Shown: positions 25,718 through 38,129 of the stretch, one piece after another
How positions within the stretch are numbered: the first letter of the stretch is position 1
How the letters are laid out: every line of letters starts with the position of its first letter
The notes under the pieces: generated by a model
What the model saw: only the letters and a program-made list of their open reading frames with translations
Database searches by the model: none
What the model was told of the DNA's origin: nothing
NCBI GenBank assembly: GCA_030621645.1
Contig: JAUXHI010000001.1
Span: 14,318 to 78,317 of the forward strand
From: Mycoplasmataceae bacterium
GTDB lineage: Bacteria > Bacillota_I > Bacilli_A > Mycoplasmatales > Hepatoplasmataceae
Direction of reading: 5' to 3'
DNA length: 64,000 nucleotides
Made by a program: the position numbers and the translations under genes

Positions 25718-26569
25718 TTATCAACTATTAGGATTTTTTGTTTGTTTCATTGCAAAAAGCGAAGCCTTAATTAATGCATATGATAATGATGTTCAAATTG
25801 GTATTAAATAAGAACTGGTAATCATTCTTTTTAATATTTCTATCGCAAATGGGTATCCTCAATATATATATTGTGCATACGAACGAACAAATCACCCCAT
25901 ACTTATTCTGGATATTACATTAACCATGAATAAAGCAACAAATAGTTTAACATTTTCATCATTTTGTTTTTTACTAGAATTTTTAAAGAAAAAATATAAA
26001 ATAATTTCTAAAACAACTATCGAAATAACAGTTATTACTATTACTGTAATATAGAATACATCTGTTGTATCTACTCCTCCAATAATTTCAGAACCTGCAA
26101 CAGCTCCAAATGATACAACAACCATTGTTGCTAAAACTATTTGTGTTAATATAAAACCTTGTCTTTTTGAGAAATCTTTTCCTCCATTTTTATATCATCT
26201 ACCAATTCCTCCAGCAAGCAATGCTGTTAATGGGAAAATAAATATCGGCAATATTTGAAATGCTCAACCATTAATGAAAACTCTTGTAGCATCAGCAACA
26301 AATGCATAAATTATTCCTTCAATTGGTCCAAAAATAAATGAAACAGCAATGATCGTTAAATTATCTAATGAGAACGGAATTACTGGCGTAAGCCCCATAA
26401 GTAGTGTTAAGTATGATTGTCCTATGAATATAGAAAAGAAAAGAGCTATTATTGTTAATTTCCTAATAGTAATAACTTGTCTTTTTTCTTTTAAATATAA
26501 TTTTCCATATATTACTAACCCAAAAGCCAATACTGAAAGCATTAAAGCAAACACTAACCCAAAAACCAC
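25718..26569 (-). CDS. multi-pass membrane protein, possibly an ECF-transporter S-component (283 aa)
   Basis: Track ORFs 25892-26125 and 26264-26569 are in frame. I walked 25718-25892 and found only TGA. The GTG start at 26569 follows AGAGGAG at about 9 nt. There are roughly 6 hydrophobic spans, and the motif FGPIEGIIYAFVAD resembles the S-component signature. The function call is weak. Confidence 0.55.
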
Positions 26570-26598
26570 TATTTACTCAACTCCTCTGTTTTTGCCAG

Positions 26599-27441
26599 TC
26601 AATTATTAACTGTAGATTTAGAAAGTTGTTTTTGATATTTTTCCAAATACACAATTGATAAGTCATTAAGAGATAAATGAGGGTTGCTCACCCTTAATTC
26701 AAAAAGTTGTTTTTGCTCTTCTGTAAATAACAAAACTTTGTTTGTTTTGAAAATCTTTTCAATAGCTTTAATTTGTCTTTGCGAAGCTACTGATATTTTA
26801 AATTGATTATATGGTTCAATTGAATCTAATTTTGTCATATTAGAAATGAAATCTCTTTGGATTCTTTGATCTTCAAATTCTAATAATGATGAGGTTGCAT
26901 TCATTAATTTAAGAGCATCTGCAATCAACAATGACTTTTTAATATATGTATAATATCAACCATCTTTAAATAAAGTAATGGTTTTTATTCCAACAGCATC
27001 AAAGGCCTCTATTAAATCTAATGAATGGTCTATTGTTTTAATTCTTATTTCAAAATGATAAAACTTAGAATCAGAATTACTGATTCAACCTTTACCAACA
27101 AATGCGCCTGCTGTGTATGCTCCAATATTTTTAATATCTTCTAATTCTATATTTCCTAATTGAGAGGTGAATTTATTAATAAAATCTTTATCCTCAACAA
27201 TTATATGAACTAAAGTTTTTGATTCTTTAACTTTAACTGTGACATCATAAGTATTTTCGAATCATTTTTCAAATATAGGGAGATGTCTTTTAAGTGTTGT
27301 TTTTAATATTAATTTATCACCTTCAATTTTTCCATTAGTTCTAATAAAAGAATATAAAAGAATATTAATTTGTTTATCAGTTCATTGATAATTAATAATT
27401 TCGTCTTTTGTTTTTTCTGAAAATGAAATTTTATTAGCCAT
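26599..27441 (-). CDS. whiA: DNA-binding protein WhiA (280 aa)
   Basis: ATG 27441 is in frame with track ORF 26599-26931. The N-terminus MANKISFSEKTKDEIINYQW.. is followed by a LAGLIDADG-like middle domain and a C-terminal HTH (FELRVSNPHLSLNDLS). Confidence 0.88.
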
Positions 27442-28370
27442 TATTTTTCCAAAGTTAACATTTCTTTTGCTGATAAAGCTGCTTTTGCACCATCTGCAAC
27501 AGCAATAGAAATTTGTTTATACTTACTTTTAGCAATATCCCCCACTACATAAATTCCATGTATTTTAGTTTCATTTGTCTCATGGTTTATCTCTATAAAA
27601 CCATCAGCATTAAACAGTTGGGTATTTTTAAGAAATCTGTTTGCTGGTTTTCAACCTTCATAAACAAAAACACCAGAAACTTCTTTGTTATGTTCTTTTT
27701 TATTTTCATCTAAATATCTAACTGATAAAACTTTCTTTCCGTCACCAATGATTTCTTTAACTTCTATATTATTTAACACCTCAATATGATTAGCGAATTT
27801 TATTTTATTAGATACCGCTTCATCAATTTTAAGTGAAGGGTATTTATTTAGGATAGTTATCTTGCCTATTATCCCTTCTGAATAAAGTGATTCTTCGGCG
27901 GCAGATAAACCTCCACCTATAACAATAATATCTTTACCTCTATGAAAAGCTCCATCACATACAACACATGTTGAAACACCTTTTCCAAAATATTCTTGAT
28001 ATCCAGACACATCTAAAGATTTTGGTTTAGAGCCAGAAGCAATAATTATTGATTTTGTTTTTAATTCTTTCCCCGAGCTTGTAATTACAGTTTTAATTTT
28101 TTCTGATGCATCCTTAATGTCAACAACTTTTTCATTAAGTTCTTCAATACCTAAATTAATTGCATGTTCATACATCTTAAGTGCCATCACAACTCCTGTA
28201 GTGTTTGGCATGCCAATATAATTATCTACTAAGTGAGTGTTCAATAATTTACCGCCTGGTGCACCATCATAAATAATTAGAGTTTTTAATTCAGCTCTTG
28301 TAGTATAAAGAGCAGCAGATAGTCCTGCTGGTCCTGCTCCTATTATGATTACATCTTTAATATCTTTCAT
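27441..28370 (-). CDS. trxB: thioredoxin-disulfide reductase (309 aa)
   Basis: Track ORF 27651-28370 has GAGPAGLSAA and the CVVCDG redox centre. I walked 27441-27651 in frame to TAA 27441, with C-terminus ..VADGAKAALSAKEMLTLEK. The stop overlaps the whiA ATG. Confidence 0.95.
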
Positions 28371-29338
28371 TAATATGGCTCTCTAATTTTTTCTTTAAAT
28401 CTATCAACATCAATTTTTCTAATATGACTTATATTCTTATTATAAATGGTTTTATTGTTTTCTATTAAAGTTGATAATGAATTTTTATCAATAAACAATA
28501 TCTTTTTCACAAAACTTTTTATATTAGCAAAAATTAAACTATTTCTTGCAGAACTATAAAACTCAAAATATACTGCTGTTTTCTTCTCATAAATTCACTG
28601 ATAGTAAATTACCATCAACCCACCTACTATAGCTAGCATGATCGCCAACATAAATGATGTTGGAAAATTTCCTCATTTCATTATAAATTTATTGTCTCTC
28701 ATCAGTTCCATTACAGTTCTTGTTAAACCATACAACAATAATGTCATTGAACCATGAACTCCTGGTTTATTTTTTTTATCCATTTTCATAATGTAAATAC
28801 CAGCTCACCCAGTGAACATAATAACTGATTCATATAAAAACAGCGGTTGTCTATATTCTCCATCAATAAGCATTTGATTTGATATTCAAGTTGGTAATCA
28901 ATTTAAGTTATCTACAGGTAACCCATAGACCTCCTGATTGAAAAAATTTCCCCATCTTGCAATTGCCTGTGCCAACAACATTTGTGGAAGTACAATTGAC
29001 ATTATCCTTCTTCACTCTAAACCAGGCATTCAAAACTTGGTAAATAGAAAGACGCCTATTGTTATGAACACTATAGAACCTATAACAGATCTTCCTCCAC
29101 TTAATAAAAATAAAGAAATAATTCCATCAAAATCTGAAGGATTAAAAGCTAAATATCATCATCTAGCACCAAATAGCCCAAGAACTAAAACTCATCCATA
29201 TAACAGTCAAAATTTAAAAGGTGATTCCCCTTTTCTTCTTCACTCAACATAACAAAAGGCAGTAGAAATTATTATTCCCACTAATATCATTACACCATAT
29301 AAAGATATAGGTGAATTAGAATTAAATTGACTTATCAT
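28370..29338 (-). CDS. lgt: prolipoprotein diacylglyceryl transferase (322 aa)
   Basis: It is absent from the track because it is very Trp(TGA)-rich. I walked 28922-29338 from ATG 29338: MISQFNSNSPISLYGVMILVG...ARWGNFFNQEVYG (the Lgt signature). It is in frame with TAA 28370-28372, which overlaps the trxB ATG. Confidence 0.88.
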
Positions 29339-29350
29339 TACCTTTTTATT

Positions 29351-29380
29351 ATAAAAAAATAAAGAAGGATATTCTTTATT
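29351..29380 (-). terminator. intrinsic terminator after the APC permease gene
   Basis: A 9-bp A/T-rich stem (29358-29366 with 29372-29380) and a 5-nt loop are followed on the minus strand by a T7 run. It lies 30 nt after the stop at 29410. Confidence 0.55.
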
Positions 29381-29409
29381 TTTAATTTATTTTGATTTTA
29401 ATATTTTGA

Positions 29410-31152
29410 TTATTGGTTTTTATTTTGTTTATTAAAAAGATTATCGCTATTTGACAGATCCTTTTTAACAGAAGCAAATGAATATTTTTTATTGTTTAAA
29501 TCAGGAATTGTGTTTTCAAATTTTTCAAATGTTTCATTAATAGTTAATAAGTTTCTATATGAATAATCATATACTTTTTTATATCAAATTTGTCTATTTG
29601 TGAAGGAGGCTTCTTGTCTTTGTTTTTTAAATACTTTTACTAATATTATAGGTATAAGTATTACCAACATTAATATTGCAACCATACCCACAACTTGCAT
29701 CATCGTCCCTTTAAAATTCTCATCAATGATATGAGCATAAAAATTTAATGTATCATATGCAAAGTATCCAGTAATAATAGTTACAGATGGTATCGCTATA
29801 AGTGAAGATGGTATAAACATTTTATTTTTATCTACCTCTACAGAGTCTGTAAATCTATTTCTTATTCCACCAATCATTAAGACTGTGTAAATTGAATATG
29901 AAATAATTATTATTAAATCAGTCAATCAAGCAGAAATTGCAAATAACCTTACAATTTCTGCCCCAGGATTAAAAATAAGTTGTTGCATTATGTCTAACCC
30001 GTCAAATGTTCTCATAATAATAAATCAACCCAATGCTAATGCTAACATTATACTTCCTGATATATAAAGTGAACCATTTTCAGTTCTTCTAGTTAGCAAT
30101 CCGTTTTTATCAACAACTATTTTTTCTACTGATAAATCTGCCATCACCCTATTTGAAAATATCACATTTCCTGAAATTCCAGTAACCATAGAAATAAATA
30201 TAACAAATATAATTAAAGGCGAAACTCATGCCGCGCCACCAAATGCTTTTGAAATAGCATCATTTACAGATGATTCGTTTCCTCCAACCATATATGTGAA
30301 TAATGTAACACATAGATATATAATGGTAATAAATGTAATGCCAGAAACAGCCGCTACTTTAAATGTTGTTGGAGATTTAGCTTCATTAGATAATGATGCT
30401 GCATTTAAGAAACCATCAAACGAGAACATCACAGCTGGAAGAATCATTAAAATCATAATAGCCATATTATTTGCTTCTCTGCTAGGGTCTGGAATATTTA
30501 TATCTGAATTAGGATTAAATATTTCTCAGAAAGATAAACCTCCTTCAACTTGAATTCCTCCACTAATCATAATAATTCCAATTAGTATAATTAAGAATAG
30601 TGGTATTAATTTAATAAATGTCCCAATTGTTTGGAAAACTTTTCCTGGTTTATTCGAAATTGCATTCATAGCACCAATTATTATAATTGTTGCTATACCA
30701 AGCAATGTAATTAATGTAAAGTTAGATCAAATGTCACCAGTGCCAATATCAATAGGTGTACCACCTAATGATTCCTGTATACCAGTCAACATATTATTTG
30801 ATGCAAATACTGATAGACCAGCTAATAATATTGGGAAGTATACCACAGGGAAAAAGACTCCTACAAAAATTGACATTTTTTCTCCTCATAAATGCCTTGA
30901 TCAATTAGCTATAGTCCCAGCCTCTTTTTTCTTCATTGTGATTGAAGAAATCTCTAAGAAAGAAATCAATATAAAAATTACAATTACTGAAACAATAATT
31001 CATGACATCATACTTTCAAATGGAACTGCTCCAGTATTAAATATTTGCTGATTTTTTGCAAAAATTCCTGCACCAATAACAACGCCCACAATTAGTGCGA
31101 GCATTGATAATAATCCATATCTTCTTTTATCTGTTTGTTGATTTTTATTCAT
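29410..31152 (-). CDS. APC-superfamily amino-acid permease (580 aa)
   Basis: ATG 31152 is in frame with track ORFs 30226-30465 and 29584-29925. I walked 29410-29584 (TGA at 29584, then TAA at 29410). About 12 TM segments; the N-terminus is MNKNQQTDKRRYGLLSMLALIVGVVIGAGIF. It has a roughly 60-aa hydrophilic tail. Confidence 0.8.
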
Positions 31153-31159
31153 AGTTCCA

Positions 31160-33574
31160 CTATAACACTATTAGGTTTTTTGTTTCTCTTGAAGTTGTGT
31201 CACCCTCTAATAAAGATGATTGTTGTGGTTTAATTTCAAAATTAAATACAAAACGCAAAAATGAATCTCTAAAATTAATTTTAAATCTTTCAAATAGGTC
31301 TTTTGATTCAAAAACATATATTTGAACAGGATTTTTTTGTGCATATTGTCTATATCTAATTCCTGTTTTTAATTTTGTTAATTTTTCTATTTGCTCAGTT
31401 CATTCAGAATCTAATACTCTTATTAAAGAATCCTTTAAAAATTTGTTTGTTTTAAATCCATGTTCATCTTCTAAATTTTTAAACTTAGAATCTATTAATT
31501 CTGTTAATTTAAAAATGGCAGTATCTTTTGATTCCTTGATTGACATTTGGATATGTTCCTCAGAAAGAATTTTTGTTCCAACTTCTTCATTAATAAATTT
31601 ATTTAATAAAGGCGTTCTAAATATTCCATCATTGAAAGAAATCTCTCTGTTTGCCATATCATTTACTCACTTATCAATTAATTGGTACAGAATATCTTTT
31701 GGGTTTTTAGTTGACAAAAATAAATCTCTTTGTTTATATGTAGCACTTCTCTGACTGTTAAGAACATCATCGTATTCAATGATTGATTTTCTATAATCAT
31801 AATTAGAACCTTCTATTCTCTTTTGGGCCATATTTAATGATTTTGCAACCATTTTTGATTCAAGTGGTGCAGTATCTAATGATTTTTGAAATTTAGATAG
31901 ATTAGTCATGCCCGCTCTTTTGATAAGTTCATCTTCTAATGAAATAAAGAATCTAGTAAACCCGATATCACCTTGTCTACCTGACCTTCCTCTTAATTGA
32001 TCATCAATACGTCTTGATTCATGTCTTTCAGTACCAATAACAAATAAACCACCTTTTTCTATTACACCTTTACCAAGTTTAATATCTGTTCCACGTCCTG
32101 CCATATTGGTTGATATTGTAATTGCATTAAGAATACCAGCTTTAGAAATTATTTCTGCTTCTCTTGAATGGTTTTTTGCATTAAGAACTTCTATACTTAA
32201 TCCATCATCAATAAGAATTTTTGCTAATTCTTCAGAATCTTGAACTGATCTTGTACCTACTAATATTGGTTGCCCAGTTTCATGAAGTTTTTTAATTAAT
32301 TTAACAACTGCTTTTATTTTTGCATTTTTTGTTGCAAAAATAAAGTCTGGTAAATCTTTTCTTATGATTGGAACATTTGTTGGAATTGGAATAACTCTCA
32401 TGTTATAAACTTGCATAAATTCTTCTTCTTCAGGAATAGCAGTTCCTGACATTCCCGAAAGTTTTTTATACATTCTAAATAAATTTTGATATGTAATTGA
32501 GGCAACTGTTTTTGTTTCTGGATTAATCTTCACTTCTTCCTTAGCTTCAATTGCTTGATTCAATCCTTCGGAAAATTGTCTACCTATAAGAAATCTACCT
32601 GTGAATATATCTATAAGAACTATTTCATCATCTTTAACAGTGTAATCAACATCATAATGAAATAATAAGTTTGCTTGTAGTGCATTAGAAATTCTATGAA
32701 TTAAAACAGCATTTTCATTTTTGTATAATGAAGAAAGGCCAAAAAAGTTTTTTGTTTTTGAAACTCCAGTTTCAGAAAGAAAAGCCCTTTTTGTTTCTCT
32801 ATCAATAATATAGTCTTCCTCAGATAATGATTTTACAAATTTATCTGGTTCTATATATTCATCTTTTGTTACTTTTGAACCTCCAGAAATAATAAGTGGA
32901 GTTCTAGCTTCGTCAATTAAAATTGAATCAACTTCATCAACAATAGCATAGTTAAATTTTCTCTGTAATTTTTGATTAGGTTCCAACACTATATTGTCTC
33001 TTAAATAATCAAACCCAATTTCAGAATTTGTTGCATATGTAATATCTTTGTTGTAATTTTCTTTTTTCTCTGCTGGTTCTTCTTCTGAAGAAACAACTCC
33101 TGTAGTCAATCCTAATAATTTAAAAACTTTTCCTGTGTTGAATGCATCACGAGTTGCAAGATATTCATTAACAGTAATGATATGAACGCCTTTGCCTGTA
33201 AGTGAATTCAAATACGCAGGAAGAATAGCTGTTAAAGTTTTGCCCTCACCAGTTCTCATCTCAGCAGCATCACCTTTGTGAAGGGCATATCCACCAATTA
33301 TTTGTACTTTATACAATGAAATACCATAAACTTCTTTAATGGCATTGTGCGCTGTAGCAAAGGCTTCAACCATCACATCATCTAATGAGGCACCATCTTT
33401 TATAAGTTTTTTTAACTCTTTAGTTTTACTTATAAAAGCAGCAGCCTTTAAGTCTTGCTCAGAAACTCTTTTTAAAACTTTAACTGAAACGTCTTCAGCC
33501 TTTCTTAAAATACCAATATGTTTTTTTGGATATATTGTGTCTTTTGCTTTTTCTTTAAAAAGTTTTTTTATCAT
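31160..33574 (-). CDS. secA: preprotein translocase ATPase SecA (804 aa)
   Basis: Track ORFs 31667-33574 and 31400-31657 are in frame. I walked 31160-31400 to TAG 31160. Motifs: MRTGEGKTL, DEVDSILIDEARTPLIISG and TNMAGRGTDI. Confidence 0.97.
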
Positions 33575-33583
33575 ATTTATATT

Positions 33584-33796
33584 TTAAAAAATCATAAGTG
33601 TCAAAAATACAATCATTGTCCCTATTGAGGATGCTATCCCAAGAGAAATAATTAAATATAGTAATCTTGCTGCTCCGGTATTTTTTTCACTAGGTAACAT
33701 TAATTTACCTCAATCAACAGCTTTAAGAATTAAAATTGTTATTAAAAATGTTGCTAAATATATTGGTAATATTATTCATCAATATATGTTAATCAT
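33584..33796 (-). CDS. small two-TM membrane protein (70 aa), hypothetical
   Basis: Walked codon by codon: MINIYWWIILPIYLATFLITILILKAVDWGKLMLPSEKNTGAARLLYLIISLGIASSIGTMIVFLTLMIF. The ATG overlaps the upp stop (TAATG), and the stop lies 9 nt before the secA ATG, so it fills the gap exactly. Confidence 0.55.
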
Positions 33797-34425
33797 TATT
33801 TTGTACCAAAAATTCTATCTCCAGCATCACCAAGACCTGGTACTAAATAACCTTTGTTATTTAGTTTTTCTTCAATTGAGGCGACAAATATTTCAACATC
33901 AGGATGTTCTTTCTCAATTAATTCAATAGCTTCTTTAGAAGTTAACAAACCAACAAACTTTATATTTTTAATCCCCGCCTCTTTAACCATGGTTAAAGCT
34001 TCAACAGCTGTTCCCCCAGTTGCAAGCATTGGATCAATTAAAATATTATATGTATCTTTTTCAGTGTCTTTTGGATATTTAAATAAATATCTAACTGGTT
34101 TTAGAGTATCTTCGTCTCTATATAGTCCAATATGCCCAACTCTAGCTTGGGGAACAATACGTTGGAATCCTTCTAACATTCCCATGCCAGCTCTAAGTAT
34201 TGGATATAAATTAACCTTTTCTTTTAATTCATAACCTGTTGTAGCTGTTATTGGTGTTTTTATAGACTTTTCTTTTAGTTCAATATCTTTTAATACTTCA
34301 TATGCCACCAACATAGAAATTTCATCAAGCACTTCTCTAAAGTCTTTAGAATTAGTCTCTTCGTCTCTTAATATTGATAACTTATGTGTAATAAGTGGAT
34401 GTTTAATTAATGTTAAATTTTTCAT
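33796..34425 (-). CDS. upp: uracil phosphoribosyltransferase (209 aa)
   Basis: Intact track ORF with the PRPP-binding loop ILIDPMLATGGTA and C-terminus YLVPGLGDAGDRIFGTK. Confidence 0.97.
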   Translation of the reverse strand: MKNLTLIKHPLITHKLSILRDEETNSKDFREVLDEISMLVAYEVLKDIELKEKSIKTPITATTGYELKEKVNLYPILRAGMGMLEGFQRIVPQARVGHIGLYRDEDTLKPVRYLFKYPKDTEKDTYNILIDPMLATGGTAVEALTMVKEAGIKNIKFVGLLTSKEAIELIEKEHPDVEIFVASIEEKLNNKGYLVPGLGDAGDRIFGTK

Positions 34426-35638
34426 ATTTTCTTCCTAATAATTTTAACACTTCTAATTTCTTTTTGGTAGCAATCTCTTTAGAATTAGAATCTAAAATTT
34501 CAATAATAATGTCTGCTAGTTTTATAAAATCATTTTTTGTCAGACCAGCAGTAGTCATGGCTGCAGTTCCTATTCTTATTCCAGAAGTAATTGAAGGTGA
34601 TTCTTCATCAAATGGTAAAACATTTTTATTCAAAACAATATTTGCATTTCATAATAATTCTTCTGATTGTTTACCTGTTAATCCAAAAGATTTTTTTGTA
34701 TTAACTAAGAAAAGATGATTATCAGTCCCATTAGTTGAAACTACTTTACCTTTTTCAATAAATTTGTTTGCCATTGCACTTGAATTTTCAATTACATTTT
34801 CAATATAAGTTTTAAATTCAGGTTCTAATGCTTCTTTGAATGTAATTGCTTTACCAGCAATTACATGAACAAGTGGACCACCCTGTGTACCAGGGAAAAC
34901 TGCTGAATCAATTTTTTTAGAAAGTTCTTCATCATTAGTTAAAATTATTCCGCCTCTAGCTCCCCTAAGAGTTTTGTGCGTTGTTGAAGTAACAACATCT
35001 ACTCCAACATCAAATGGATTCTGATGATTTCCTGTAACTATTAGTCCAATAATATGAGCTACATCAGCTAATAGATATGCCCCCACTTTATCTGCTATTT
35101 CTTTAAATTTTGAAAAATCAATTTTCCTTGGGTATGATGAAGCCCCAGCAATAATTAATTTTGGTTTAACTTTCTTTGCTATTTGCAATATTTCATCATA
35201 ATCAAGTTCATTATTTTCTTTTGATACTTCATAAGTGAAGGCAGTATAGTTTTTTCCTGAAGAAGATGCCTTAAATCCATGAGAAAGATGTCCTCCTGAA
35301 GTTAATGACATTCCAAGAATTTTATCACCTGGTTCTAATAATGCTTGAAAAACAGCAATATTAGCTTGAGTGCCAGAATGTGGTTGAACATTCACATACT
35401 TAGCATTAAATAATTTTTTTAATCTATCTCTAGCAATATTCTCAATTCTGTCAGCATTTTCAACACCGCCATAATATCTTTTGCCAGGATAACCTTCTGC
35501 ATATTTGTTTGTTAAAATAGATCCTGTTGCTTTAAGCACATCATTTGAAACAAAATTTTCTGATGCAATTAACTGGACAAACTCTTTTTGTCTTTTAACT
35601 TCATCTAATATAATCAATTCTATTTCTTTATCATTCAT
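34403..35638 (-). CDS. glyA: serine hydroxymethyltransferase (411 aa)
   Basis: Track ORFs 34649-35665 and 34403-34633 are in frame. I prefer ATG 35638 (AAGGAAA 4 nt upstream; [29 protein letters not shown]) over the GTG at 35665. It contains the PLP site [10 protein letters not shown]. Confidence 0.95.
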
Positions 35639-35639
35639 T

Positions 35640-36182
35640 TTATTTCCTTTTTTTAATTTGAACACCTTTGCCAGTTAGATCAACAATTTCTGATGAAGTA
35701 TTAGTTGTTTTTGCTCTAATGTCTTCAAATGATAAAACCCGTAAAAACTTACAAACTTGTTTAGCGGTTGAGAATGCTTCATAACCATGGTAGTTAGCTG
35801 ACGAAGATCAAATAGGTCCTGTTGCTTGTAACACTTCAGTAAGAAGTGGTGCGTCTACTGGATTAGGAATTCTAATCATCACTTTCTCAAGTCCTATTTT
35901 TTTTGCTTTTGAAGATGCATTTACAATAAATGATCTTGATCCTGGTAGTGATGCTCCCAATACTTCTCTCTGAACTTTTGAAATTGAAATATATGGCATT
36001 ATTAAATCTAAATTAGGTGCTGATATTTGCACAGGCATTTTTATATCTCTTCTTTTAATTTGATTTATTTTTTTTAAATGTTCTTTTGTAAGTTTTGCAT
36101 ATAATCCAAAAACTGTTTCTGATTGTATAGAAACAATGTTTTCGTTATTTATTAACTTAACTATTTTGTTTGTTTTGTTCAT
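35640..36182 (-). CDS. tsaC: threonylcarbamoyl-AMP synthase, TsaC/YrdC-type (180 aa)
   Basis: Track ORF 35808-36182 extends through TGA (walked) to TAA 35640. Motifs: [15 protein letters not shown] and WSSSANYHG. Its position between prmC and glyA matches B. subtilis ywlC. Confidence 0.8.
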
Positions 36183-36194
36183 GTTTGTTTTCTC

Positions 36195-37016
36195 CTATTT
36201 TTCCAATACTAAGAATCTAAAATTTTTGTTATAGTTCTTGTAAAATTTATAATTTTTAAAAGTTGCAGGAATGATTTTTTCTAAAATTTGTTTTTGGTTG
36301 TATCCTATTTCTAAAAATATCATCCCTCCCACTTTAAGTGATTTTTCTGCCATGTTAAATATCTTTTGATAAAACTCAATTCCTGAATGTTTTGCATATA
36401 ATGCAATGGCTGGTTGTGATTTTTTCGCACTCTTTTCAATTGTTTTATCTCTCTTATCAATATAAGGTGGATTTGAAACTATAAAATCATAATTGCCTCA
36501 GTCTTTTGACTTTAAAAAATCTGATTTACAAAATGTTATTTTTTCATATACATCATTTTCAATAGCATTAACTTGTGAAAGTTTAAATGGTTTTAATTTT
36601 TTTTCTACTGTCCTTATTATAATTTTATCATTATTCTTAGTTAAGGCTATTGGTATTGCGCCTGTCCCAGTACCAACTTCAAACCCCTTAATAGCATTTT
36701 GATTTGAATTCTGATAATGTTGTAGAATCAAATCAATTATTCCTTCTGTGTCAGGCTGTGGAACAAAAACTCCTTTTTTTATATTTAAACGAACATTATA
36801 AAACCATCTATAATTAATAGCAAAATCTTTTTTCTTATTTGCTTTCCTTTTAAGTTTTCTATATTTGCCATTAGTTAAAATAAATTTTGTTGGATTAATT
36901 TCTAAGTCTACTTTTGATACTTCAAATTTTTTAACAAAATAATTTTTTATCTTATTCGCTTGTTTGTAGTTTGGTTCTTCTAACAAAAATAAACTTAATG
37001 GTTTTCCTTTATTCAT
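36195..37016 (-). CDS. prmC: release-factor glutamine N5-methyltransferase PrmC/HemK (273 aa)
   Basis: Track ORF 36498-37016 continues through TGA to TAG 36195. It has the SAM motif FEVGTGTGAI and the catalytic NPPY (..FIVSNPPYID). Confidence 0.85.
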
Positions 37017-38082
37017 TTGAGGCCCCTGCCTCTGTTGATATTAGTACATTGATTATTTCATCTAACCCACCATCAATAACTCTATCTAGTTTTTTAAGTG
37101 TTAAATTAATTCTATGATCAGTTACTCTATTTTGAGGAAAATTGTATGTTCTTATTTTTTCAGATCTATCTCCAGAACCTACTTTTGATTTTTTATCAGC
37201 TGCCAAGTTTTTTTGTTCTTCTTCAAGTTTAGTTTGATAAAGTTTTGCTCTAAGTTGTTGCATTGCCTTGTCTCTATTATCATGTTGTGATCTACCGTCT
37301 TGCGACTGTGAAACAATACCAGTTGGTAAGTGAGTAATACGAACAGCAGAGTCAGTTTTGTTTGCATGTTGTCCACCTTTCCCACCAGATCTATATGTAT
37401 CTATTCTAAGATCAATTGGATTTATTTCAATTTCTGAATCATCTTCCACATCAGGAAAAACAGATACTGTTGCTGTTGAAGTATGAACCCTTCCTTGAGT
37501 TTCAGTCAGTGGTACCCTTTGAACTCTATGAACTCCTGATTCATATTTAAAATGACCATAAGCATCAACACCAGAAACTTTAAAGACTATTGAAGAATAT
37601 CCACCATTATCAGATTGTTCCTCATTAAGTATCTCTATAGAAAAATTCATTTTTGATGAATATTTAAGATACATTTTAAATAAATCACCAGCAAATATTT
37701 TTGCTTCATCTCCCCCAGCAGCACCTTGAATTTCAACTATTGCATCGAGTTCATCAATATGATCTTTTTCTACCATCGCCTCTTTGATTTTGCTTTCTAA
37801 AGTTAGCATTTCCTTTTTTGCACTAGAAATTGTTAATTTTAAATCTTCAATCATATCTTCATCAGATTCATCTTTTAATATTTCTTCTGCATCTTTTATA
37901 TCCGTTGAAAGTTCTGTTCATTTATCAAACAAAGAAATTTTTGCTTGAGACTTCTTAATTAATTTATTTAATGTAGTAGCTTTCTTAATATCGGAAACAA
38001 TTTCAGGATTTTCCAATTGAGAAAGAGCCTCTTCATATTGAGACCTTAATTCAATCAATTTGTCTAAAATTTGTTTTTCCAT
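37009..38082 (-). CDS. prfA: peptide chain release factor 1 (357 aa)
   Basis: Track ORF 37009-37854 is in frame with ATG 38082 (MEKQILDKLIELRSQYEEALSQL). It contains the PVT-like TETQGRVHTS region and GGQ (RSGGKGGQHANKT). It overlaps the prmC start by 8 nt. Confidence 0.95.
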
Positions 38083-38090
38083 CTATAATA

Positions 38091-38096
38091 ATTATA
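38091..38096 (-). promoter_or_regulatory. candidate -10 box (TATAAT) for prfA, 8 nt from the ATG (leaderless mRNA predicted)
   Basis: The minus strand reads ggTATAATtattatagATG. The site lies immediately downstream of the tdk hairpin. Confidence 0.4.
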
Positions 38097-38097
38097 C

Positions 38098-38119
38098 CTT
38101 TTTACTAATGAGTAAAAAG
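38098..38119 (-). terminator. 9-bp hairpin after tdk (terminator-like)
   Basis: ctttttact (38098-38106) pairs with agtaaaaag (38111-38119) around a 4-nt loop. It lies 10 nt downstream of the tdk stop. There is no clean trailing T-run, because the Ts are inside the stem. Confidence 0.4.
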
Positions 38120-38129
38120 TTTGGATTTA

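Noticed and set aside
32087-32095. parS-like half-site TGTTCCACG inside secA
   Set aside because: Only one half of the palindrome is present (the following bases are tcctgcc). A 9-mer match is expected by chance in 64 kb.
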